A stretch of DNA of 52,797 nucleotides, filler included, from Malassezia furfur (lineage: Eukaryota), in assembly GCA_052055015.1 (NCBI GenBank). It is 2 parts of 2 records of this genome, joined end to end, with 100 filler letters (N's around TTAATTAATTAA, not from the genome) between each part and the next. Parts side by side here need not be neighbours in the genome. Positions count along the whole stretch, not along the records: positions 26,486 to 52,797 come from JBQJIT010000127.1; 1 more part is not named here. One strand, 5' to 3'. The position numbers and the translations under genes were made by a program. Positions 39,861-48,555 of this stretch are shown piece after piece. Position 1 is the first letter of the stretch; the number at the start of each line of letters is the position of its first letter. The notes under the pieces are model-generated. The model was not told the DNA's origin. It was given only the letters and a program-made list of their open reading frames with translations, and made no database searches.

Positions 39861-41513
39861 TTATGACGGGGTTTTCTGGGTATGCACGCCCGGGCGTGAG
39901 GCGGCCCTGCCCGCTGCGGCGCGGCGCTGCGCGGTGGCGAACGTGGCCAGCGACACGAGCGCCTGCGCATGGGCGGCGTTGAGGTAGCCGTGCGAGCGGA
40001 GCTTGCCGAGCTCGGCCTCCCAGCGCTTGAGCAGGGCGTATTCGTTGGGTATGTGGACGGGGTGCCCCGTGGTGCGAGCGTCGTGCTGCATGCGCCAGCG
40101 CAGCTCGCGCCGCAACACCCCGTACTGGAAGCGCAGCACGCGTCGGACGAGGTGTGTGTCGCGCGCGTTTCGCGCCAAATGGAGCAGCTTGGTAAAAGGC
40201 CGTGCGTCGAGCAAGAGGGGCGTGCGGTGTGCGACATCGGGCGACAGGACGCCCCATGTGCGCTCGACCGTCTGCAGGAGCGTGAGCATCGCTTCGCCAC
40301 GGTCGCCAGGCGCTGTAGCAGCGACGGCATCCATCGCCAGTAGCACCGACCGCACGTCAGGCTCAAGTAGGAAGCGGGTATCGAGGGGCAGCAAAGGCCC
40401 GGACTGCAGCGCCGGCCCAGGCAACGGCGTGCGTGCCATTTTTTCAAAAATTTGGGCGGCATTATGCGGCTCATGGGCGCGCAGGAAGGCGGTTAAGAGG
40501 GTATGGAGCAGCGTCGGCCCAGGGATGGGCGCATCCGGATCCGTGAGCAGGCGCGAAGGCCCGGCGCGGAGTACACGCGGCGCCTGCTCCGAGCCGACTG
40601 GAAGCGATGTGAGGTAGACATTGGCGAGCGCCAGGGCCTGGTGTGCGCGGCGCGAGCGGGCGTACAGATCGAGGAGCGCCGCGACGATCCACGTAGGTAG
40701 CGGCGTAAAGACGCGCGTCTTGTCCTTCGACAGGTCCGCCTGGGCCCGCCGAATCTGCACGCCAAACTCATCGAGGAAGCGGGCCCAGAGTGCGTCGCGT
40801 GCGTGCCGTTCGTCGTCGTCGAGTGTCTGCGCCGCGTCAGGGACAGGCGCTTCGCCGGTGACCATCTGCAGTGCACCCTTGGTGCGGAGCATGGCACGGC
40901 ACATGAATGGCGTCCAGTGCTCCTCCGTTCGTGATGCGACCAGCCTATGCATCACCGACCAATTGTCCTGCTCGGCTGCAAGGCCAAAGAGCGTGTTGTC
41001 GAGCCGGGTCAAGAGCGGCGGCCCGCGCTTCGGCACATCGTCCGATCGGAGCGATGCCTGCTCGCGGTGCTGCTGCGTCCAAGCAGCCACCGAGATCCGC
41101 AGGCGTCGCAGGGTATACACGTCGCGCCGGCGCCGGGCGTACCGCATCAGAAGAAGCAACGCCTCGGCGCTGTCGGCGCTGCCGAGAGCCAAGCGCGTAC
41201 GCGACTCTTTGACGCGCTCAATGTACCAGTCCATCAGTGTGGATGCGCACAGGGAAGGCTCTGTATGTATTTTTGTGCGCAGGGCGCGCAGGAGACGCGC
41301 CTGCTCATCGCGGCGATCGCGAATCGCCGGCGTAGAGCGACTGTGGGGAAGGGCGGCGACAGGCACGTCCATGCCGCGTCGCAGCAGTCCATGGGTACCT
41401 GAATGGGGCTCCTCTGTATGCTGCGCCACCGCCTGTACCGCACGCAGCGGCGCCGCGGCGCGTCGCGCGTGCGGCAGCGCGCGAAGGCGCGGCCTTCGCA
41501 GCGCCCACAGCAT
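39861..41513 (-). CDS. Probable mitochondrial PPR-like RNA-binding protein
   Basis: Presequence MLWALRRPRLRALPHARRAAAPLR; PPR-like helices (WIVAALLDLYARSRRAHQALALAN; LLHTLLTAFLRAHEPHNAAQIFEKM). Confidence 0.55.
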   Translation of the reverse strand: MLWALRRPRLRALPHARRAAAPLRAVQAVAQHTEEPHSGTHGLLRRGMDVPVAALPHSRSTPAIRDRRDEQARLLRALRTKIHTEPSLCASTLMDWYIERVKESRTRLALGSADSAEALLLLMRYARRRRDVYTLRRLRISVAAWTQQHREQASLRSDDVPKRGPPLLTRLDNTLFGLAAEQDNWSVMHRLVASRTEEHWTPFMCRAMLRTKGALQMVTGEAPVPDAAQTLDDDERHARDALWARFLDEFGVQIRRAQADLSKDKTRVFTPLPTWIVAALLDLYARSRRAHQALALANVYLTSLPVGSEQAPRVLRAGPSRLLTDPDAPIPGPTLLHTLLTAFLRAHEPHNAAQIFEKMARTPLPGPALQSGPLLPLDTRFLLEPDVRSVLLAMDAVAATAPGDRGEAMLTLLQTVERTWGVLSPDVAHRTPLLLDARPFTKLLHLARNARDTHLVRRVLRFQYGVLRRELRWRMQHDARTTGHPVHIPNEYALLKRWEAELGKLRSHGYLNAAHAQALVSLATFATAQRRAAAGRAASRPGVHTQKTPS

Positions 41514-41564
41514 CAGACAGGGAAGGCGTGGAGGCGTCACGTGAGACTCGTTTGCGACGTCGAC

Positions 41565-42473
41565 ATGGAGGATCCGGCAGAGATCGCGGTGCTGACGTCC
41601 GAGTTTGTGTCGAGTATGTGGCGCACTAACCCAGCGCTCGATAACCTGCCGCTCGAGGTGAGCCATATTCTCCGCGAAATCGAGATTAAGGACGGAAAGG
41701 TGCAGGGTACGTGCCTTTCTCACCCAGACACCCTCGCTCGGATCGCCTCGAAGCAGGCGCAGATGCGCGAGCTGTACACGGCGACCGAGGCCGCCGGCAC
41801 CTCATCCAGCACGGCCGAAACGAATAAGGCGAAGCTCGAGAAGCTCGCATCGCGCATCGCTGCCGACTATGTACGCGTCGAGGAGTGGTCAAGCCAAAAA
41901 CGCACCTTGGCCCACGGCCTGTGGCGCAAAGTCCACGGGCACTACGACCGGGCCTTGCACGACATCAAACAGATCCACCCCGATGTCGTGGCAAGTGTCG
42001 CGTCCACGGTGCCCAAGGCGCCCGAGGTCGTGCCGCCCAGTGCACTCGCCATGGCACTCGCTGATGCGGGGATCGGCGAGTCGGACGACGGCGCCGAGGC
42101 CAAAGGCAAACGCAAGCGCGCTGTGTCGTCGGTGCATGCCAACGGCGTTAGCCGGCAGTCTCCTGCAGTGTATGGGCGGCACGACCGCGCCGCGTCCCAA
42201 TCCCATTCTAGCCGGCAGACGCCGCTCGGTGACGACGATGGCGTGACAAGCAAAGACCGCTCTGCGGCCGTGTTCGATGGCGAGGAAGAGCGCGACGAGA
42301 ACCTGTACTGCTTCTGCCAGCGCGGCTCGTTCGGCGAAATGATCGGGTGCGACTCGGACGACTGCAAATACGAGTGGTTCCACATCGGGTGCGTCGGCGT
42401 CTCGAAGCCGCTGCCGCAGACCTGGCTGTGTAGTGACTGCCTGGCGAAGAACAAGCGCCGTCGGCGTGGATAG
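41565..42473 (+). CDS. ING-family PHD-finger chromatin protein (Yng2/Pho23-like)
   Basis: ING N-terminal LDNLPLEVSHILREI..KD; PHD LYCFCQRGSFGEMIGCDSDDCKYEWFHIGCVG....P.TWLC.DC; two probable 21-nt in-frame introns, 41614-41634 and 41707-41727. Confidence 0.9.
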   Translation: MEDPAEIAVLTSEFVSSMWRTNPALDNLPLEVSHILREIEIKDGKVQGTCLSHPDTLARIASKQAQMRELYTATEAAGTSSSTAETNKAKLEKLASRIAADYVRVEEWSSQKRTLAHGLWRKVHGHYDRALHDIKQIHPDVVASVASTVPKAPEVVPPSALAMALADAGIGESDDGAEAKGKRKRAVSSVHANGVSRQSPAVYGRHDRAASQSHSSRQTPLGDDDGVTSKDRSAAVFDGEEERDENLYCFCQRGSFGEMIGCDSDDCKYEWFHIGCVGVSKPLPQTWLCSDCLAKNKRRRRG

Positions 42474-42514
42474 TGTATTATATGTAGCATACTTGGGAGC
42501 ATGAGCGACAGCAG

Positions 42515-44121
42515 CTAAATGTGGGCCGTCGTGTATCCTGCATCTTCCAGCAGGCGGGCCGCGACGAGGCGGGCACTCGAGACGCATCCTGGATCAGTGG
42601 CTGGCGTACCTTCGAGCAGGGGCACACCGAAACTCCAGCTGCCCGTGAGCCAGATGCCCGGGAGTTGCTGCGTGTCTGCCTTGGATGTCGGCCGCCCTTG
42701 GAGCGGTCCGAGGCGGAGCTGCCTGCGCGCGTTTTGGTAGGCGTCGGCGTCGCGCCGGCCGTGGGCATGTCGGAAAAAGGCGCGCCGTGCGTTGCGCCCC
42801 GTAAGGGTCAACACAAACCGCTCGAACATGCTCGTGCGGATAATGCAGTCAGGGTCGGGGAATAGCCATGTGAGTGGGTTCGTCGTCTGCATCACGGTTT
42901 GGGACGAGGCGTCGCCGCGACAGACAATGTGCGTCGCCATGGTGTACCGAGGTGGTGGGACAGTGACATCCGCGCTCACAAGGTTTAAATCGCGCCACAG
43001 CGCTCGGTCTGCGGGAAGGATGGTGGTATCGGTGTGACATACGACCGTGCTCTGTTCGTACCGCATCTGAGTGAGCGTTTCCCGGACCTGCTGGCAGCGC
43101 GCCAGGTCCACGTCGTGTACAGGGCCCAAGCGCCGTTCGTAAAGGCCGAGGAGCTGCGCCGTTTGCGTACACTGTGTTGCAAAGACGAGGTGGTCGTATG
43201 GCGCGAGGTCAAGCACCGAGCCGTCCTGCGTTTCAGCGCGCACCACTACGCGCCGTACACCGTCTTCGCCTTGGTGCGGCACCAAATCCACAATGGTCGT
43301 GCTGAGATGGATGTGGTCGGCAGGCATTGGTTTTGCAAGCGCCTGCACCACGAGCTGGACACCACCGTCGACCGTGTAGTGCAGAGAGAGAAAAGTACGA
43401 GCAATGTATTCAAGCATCTCTGCCGCGGGCAGCTGCTCAACGGCCTTCAAATCGGTGGTCATGATCGACGCAAACAAGGGAAACAGCAGATCGTCGGTAA
43501 AGCGCCGGCTGAGGCACGTCTGCCGGCACCACGCCTGGAACGTGAGTTGCGAGAGGGTATGGTCCGGATTTGTCGTGTGCTGAAAGTAGGAGTGATACAT
43601 GGCCAGCATGTTGAGCAGCACATATGACATGGCAATGCGAAGAAAGGAGAACCAGACGCGCATGCGCTCCGTCAGGCCGGCAGGCGGTGGGTATAGATGG
43701 ACTTTGCGTTGCTGTCGCCGTCCATTGTACAAAAGAACAGGGTCCGGCCCATGTTCCCGCTTCGTCGTCTCGGCCTGGTTAGTGCAAGAAGAAAAGGCAA
43801 AGGTGAAGCGCGACGTGCGAAACTTGATGCCCAACGAGCGGTACAGTGCAAGGAGCTCCGGATAATAACCTGAGTTAGTTCTATTCGCTTACCTTCTGAG
43901 AAGGAGCGCATGGGCACGTCCACGCGAACCTCCTTTCCGTCACGTTCCACTGAGATGCTCTCCGCATCCATGCCCAGCTTTGGCTGCCGCTCAAACAGGT
44001 CCACGTGGACGCACCGCCCTTTGTCTGGGGGTGTCTGTGCGAGGTAGTAAGTAGTCGCAAGCCCGGCCAGCCCGGAGCCGATGACGGCTACGCGGACATC
44101 TGGGCTGCCTGTCAAAGTCAT
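42515..44121 (-). CDS. FAD/NAD-binding oxidoreductase (amine-oxidase-like, COG2907-like)
   Basis: Rossmann VAVIGSGLAGL, LFER...LGMD, VDVPMRSF, GYYPELL.LY, YDHLVFAT, C-terminal GVPLLEGCVSSA after splicing; introns 43870-43892 (23) and 42589-42609 (21). Confidence 0.8.
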
Positions 44122-44381
44122 GCTCGAATGCACACTTCGGATGCTTGCTGACAATTTCGCCGGCGTGTGCGTGCGCGGCGCACGCGCAATTTCGTTCAAC
44201 CCGATTCAGGGTACTCGCCCGATCCTCGCCAACCCCAGACCTGCGCAGCCTTTTCACACGTGGGGGAGGGTTAGAGTGCGTGGGCGTGAGATATTCGGCC
44301 AGGGTCCACCAATCAAGACCGCGGCTCACGAAGGCGTGGCGGGCTAACCATGCGCGCAGAAAGGAAGACTTACCTCCTACC

Positions 44382-45998
44382 ATGACGGTGCAGAATATCC
44401 AGGGCGGGGAGGAGGCGCTCGCAAGACATGACGAAATTGACAGCACCGTTGATCCCATCGCCAGTGGCGATCTGGATGGCAAAAAGGGCGATACCATGGT
44501 TGTGGAGACCGATTTTGAGCTCGTCACGCCCGAAGGCACGGTAGGCCGTGCCTACACAGCGAAGGCCGCCGTGCTCAACCAGGCCGTACAGGATATTGGG
44601 TTTGGGCGCTACCAGATTATGTTGTTCCTCGTGATCGGCTTTGGGTGGGCGAGTGACAACCTTTGGCCGATCGTGACCTCGGTCATCTTGCCCCCGGTTG
44701 GTCGCGAGTTTGGACGCAGCTCAAACCGCACGCCGCTCATTACGCTCGCGCAAAACATTGGTCTGTTTGCCGGCGCGCTGTTCTGGGGCTTCGGGTGCGA
44801 CATCTTCGGGCGCAAATGGGCGTTCAGTTTGACACTTGGCTTTACCTCAGTCTTTGGTTTGATCTGTGCCGGCTCGCCGAATTTTGCTTCCGTGGGGGTA
44901 TTTGATGCGCTTTGGTCCTTTGGCGTGGGTGGCAATCTGCCGGTGGACTCGGCCATCTTTCTCGAGTTTCTGCCAGCGACGCACCAATATTTGCTCACGG
45001 TGCTGTCAACCTACTGGGCAGTTGCGCAGGTCTTTGCTGACCTGATTGCCTGGGGCCTGGTGGGCAACTTTACGTGTGAGACAGCCGAAGGGTGCACCAA
45101 AGATGGCAACATGGGATGGCGCTATTTTGTAATCACTCTCGGCGGATTGTGGATGGTGTTGTTCCTTGTGCGTTTCTTTTTCCCGGTGCTCGAGTCGCCC
45201 AAGTACCTCATGGGCAAGGGCCGCGAAGAAGATGCCGTGCGCACCGTCCACCGCCTTGCACAAATCAATCGCAAAACGTCGACACTCACCGTCGAGGACC
45301 TGAGCCGATTTGACCAGGGCGGTGAGCCTGCGGAGAAGCACATGACCGTCCTGGAGCGTGCCAAGTTCAACTCGCAAGGCTTTAGCTTTGAGTCGGTCCG
45401 TGCGCTCTTCCGCACACGCGAGATGGCAATTACCACCAGTATGGTGATCCTGATCTGGGCCGTGATTGGCCTGGCCTTCCCGCTGTACAACGCCTTTATT
45501 CCTACGATCATTGCCGAGAAGGTGGGTGACCAATCGTCGTCGACGTACATCACCTACCGCAACTTGGTCATCATTGGCGTGCTCGGTGTGCCTGCGTGTC
45601 TGATCGGCGCCTTTCTGGTGGAGGTCAAAGGCATCGGGCGACGCGGCACCTTGGGTGTCTCGACGGTGCTGACCGGCGTCTTTTTGTTCTGCTCGACAAC
45701 GGCAAGTAACTCGACGCAGCTTCTTGGGTGGCAGTGCGCGTACAACTTTACGTCGAGCCTGATGTATGCGGCACTCTACACCTACACGCCGGAGATTTTC
45801 CCGACCAAGTACCGCGGTACCGGCAATGCGCTGACCGCGTGTGCCAACCGCACGTTTGGCATCATTGCCCCCATCATTGCCATGTTCGCCGACCTCACTA
45901 CCTCCAACCCCGTGTATGCGAGCGGTGCGCTGTTTCTGTTCGCGGGCGTGCTGTCCTTCTTTCTGCCGCTGGAACCACGTGGCAAAGCGAGTATGTGA
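44382..45998 (+). CDS. MFS transporter (SV2/SVOP-like fungal family)
   Basis: IGFGRYQ, GFGWASDNLW, CDIFGRKWAF, GVGGNLPVDSAIFLEFLP, GWRY, ESPKYL, YTPEIFP...RGTG. Confidence 0.88.
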   Translation: MTVQNIQGGEEALARHDEIDSTVDPIASGDLDGKKGDTMVVETDFELVTPEGTVGRAYTAKAAVLNQAVQDIGFGRYQIMLFLVIGFGWASDNLWPIVTSVILPPVGREFGRSSNRTPLITLAQNIGLFAGALFWGFGCDIFGRKWAFSLTLGFTSVFGLICAGSPNFASVGVFDALWSFGVGGNLPVDSAIFLEFLPATHQYLLTVLSTYWAVAQVFADLIAWGLVGNFTCETAEGCTKDGNMGWRYFVITLGGLWMVLFLVRFFFPVLESPKYLMGKGREEDAVRTVHRLAQINRKTSTLTVEDLSRFDQGGEPAEKHMTVLERAKFNSQGFSFESVRALFRTREMAITTSMVILIWAVIGLAFPLYNAFIPTIIAEKVGDQSSSTYITYRNLVIIGVLGVPACLIGAFLVEVKGIGRRGTLGVSTVLTGVFLFCSTTASNSTQLLGWQCAYNFTSSLMYAALYTYTPEIFPTKYRGTGNALTACANRTFGIIAPIIAMFADLTTSNPVYASGALFLFAGVLSFFLPLEPRGKASM

Positions 45999-46082
45999 AT
46001 TGGGGCTCCCGCATTAGGCGCGCGTGGGTGCGCGAACGCGAAAATGCCAATCAGTCGCGTACTTCTTCGTTTTCTCCATATC

Positions 46083-47385
46083 ATGAAGTTCCCCGTGGCG
46101 TCAACGTTGGCGCTTCTCGCCAGCTTTGTGGCGCTCGCTTTTGCAGTGGACAACACTACGGTGGTGTCCAGCAACACCACGGACGCTGGAAACACGACGT
46201 CTGTGGGCAATGCCACGTCCTCCAGCAACATCACGGCGGCGGGCAATGCGACCTCGGCTGGTGGTGTCGCGGCGATGGGCGGCTCGAACAGCACGGCGAC
46301 GCCTATCTACAACATGACGGGCAACGGCAACTCCAGCGCGATTGCGCCCAAGGTGGTCGTCGTCACGCTGTTTGAGCTGGAGTGCAACGTGTGGGCGAAG
46401 GGCCTGCAGTTCACGCGCAACATCTCGCTGCCTGGTGGCAGCCCGCTGTTCCCCTACGTGACCTGCGATAACAACGCCGACGTCTGCCTGATCACCACGG
46501 GTGAGGGCGAGATCAACGCCGCGTCTACGTTTACCTCCTTCCTGTTCAGCTCGCAGTTCGACCTGCGCAAGACGTACTTTGTGGTGAACGGTATTGCGGG
46601 CGTCAACCCGCATGCTGGTACGGTCGGCAGTGTGAGTCTCACGCGCTTCGCCATTCAGTTCGGTCTGCAGTACGGTCTGGATGCCCGCGAGGCGCCGCAG
46701 GGCTGGAACTACAGCTTCTGGAACTACGGCACGGACACTCCTGGCCAGTACCCCACGTTCTTCTACGGCACGGAGATCTTTGAGGTGAACACGAACCTGC
46801 GCGACAAGGTGTTTGAACTCGTGCAGAACGTGACGCTGAGCGACAACGACGCTGCCAAGGCCAACCGCGCCAACTTCACGTACGCCCCTGCGAACCAGCC
46901 CCCCGCCGTGTTCAAGGGCGACGTGACGACGAGCGACCTGTACTTCACCGGCGAGGACTTGTGCGTATCACGAAACTGACCCAGCGGTGACCTGGCTTCG
47001 AACCTCACCATGGTGCTCACGAACGGAACGGGCAGCTACGCCATGACCGCGCAGGAGGACAATGCCGTCCTGGAGGTGCTGGTGCGTGCGCACAAGGCTG
47101 GCTTTGCGGACTACGGCCGCGCCATTCTGTACCGCTCGGGCAGCGACTTTGACCGTGCGCCGGACCTGAGCAACGACTACAACAACATCATATTCAACAA
47201 CAACTCGACGGACCTTGTTGACCCTTCGGTGGCCAACTTGTTCACCGTGGGCATCCCGATTGTGCAGGCGGTACGTCGTATATCTCACACAGATCGTGGC
47301 CAACTGGACCCAAGAATGGGAGCAGGGCGTCACGCCGCAAAACAGCACGTCGTACGGTGACGTGTTTGGCACCCTCCTTAGTTGA
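46083..47385 (+). CDS. NUP (purine nucleoside permease family) protein with signal peptide
   Basis: Signal peptide MKFPVASTLALLASFVALAFA; PKVVVVTLFE.E, TTGEGEINAA, FDLRKTYF...GIAG, TAQEDNA.LE, R.GSDFDR, GDVFGTL; introns 46961-46984 (24) and 47271-47292 (22). Confidence 0.85.
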
Positions 47386-47438
47386 TTCCTACCCGCATTT
47401 TGCATAGGTACCCCCAATACAAGTGGAGGCGCATCTAT

Positions 47439-48265
47439 ATGGCTTTCCGTTCGGTGGCCCGTTCGTACCGTTTGGCTGTCGTGCCCACTCCCCTGTGTGT
47501 GCGCGCCCCCTTCTACCGAATTCCTGGCTCCTCGATTCTTCCTTCTCGCGTGCAAACCATGTCGACTCACGCGTATGATCTGCACAGTTCCAAAGTGCAA
47601 AATGCCACGCCACTGAACGACGCCGACGCCAAGTGGCTCGGCTTGCGCAAAATCCAGTGGGTGGATCCCTCTGGAAAGGAGCGCTTCTGGGACTGCGCCG
47701 TGCGCAAGACGCGCAAGGGCGATGTAGATGGTGCGTGTGGCGTACACTGACGCAGCGGTCGCGGTCCTCACCATCATCCGCCGTCCGAACCAGGTGCCGC
47801 ACGTCCTGCTCGTGTCCCAATTCCGCCCGCCTGTCGGCCAAGTGATTCTGGAACTTCCCGCTGGCCTGATCGACCCCGGCGAAGAGAGCGACGAGGGTAC
47901 AAAGCGAGCCGCGCTGCGTGAGCTTGGCGAGGAGACGGGCTATGGAACGAGCGATGAATCGCACACCGTTGACGTTAAGCTGCTCAGCGGCATCCAATTC
48001 AATGATCCAGGCTTGACGAATGCGACCATGAAGCTTTGCACCGTCGAGATCCAGCTCGCAGAAGACGCGCCAGAGCCGGTGGCCCACCCTGACGAGGGTG
48101 AGTACATTGAACGGCACCTGCTGCCCCTTCCGACGCTTTACGAGGAGCTGCAAAGTACGTGCTTGCACTTACCTAGAATTCCGCACGAAAAACTATGCGG
48201 TGGACGCGCGTCTGGAGCATCTCGCGACCGGCTTTAAGCTGGGTATGGACTATGCCGCTAAATAG
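47439..48265 (+). CDS. YSA1: ADP-ribose pyrophosphatase (Nudix; Ysa1/NUDT5)
   Basis: KW..L.KI.W.DP.GK.R.W, QFRPP, ELPAGLIDPGE...AALRELGEETGY, DPG, VDARL; introns 47731-47755 (25) and 48155-48176 (22); second ATG at 47559. Confidence 0.88.
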
Positions 48266-48555
48266 ACGTCAAAAGGACGTGACTACAACGAAAGTGTTCC
48301 CCACTCTCCCCTCACGTCCAGCTGTGTGTCGAAGCTGGACTGCTTCGTAGCGGTGCCGCTGCGCGCGGTGCCCATCACAACACGGTGGCCCCACGGCGCC
48401 CACCGAGTGGAGGTGGGCGTGGGGAGCGCGAATGCGGCACGAGCCAATCAGGTAGGGGGGCTGACGGTGCTGCAGGGGTGGACCAGTAACACGCCATTGC
48501 GCGCACACAAATTCACGCGCAACGGTGCGACTTCTTGTTCTCTCTCGCGAGGTTG

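Noticed and set aside
43770..43800. Branch-site-like GCACTAACCAG in the oxidoreductase (minus strand)
   Set aside because: No consensus donor at a suitable distance and the frame is open; treated as coding.
48263..48340. Cryptic peroxisomal signal by readthrough of the YSA1 stop
   Set aside because: The stop context is not TGA-CTA, and the in-frame SKL downstream is not terminal.
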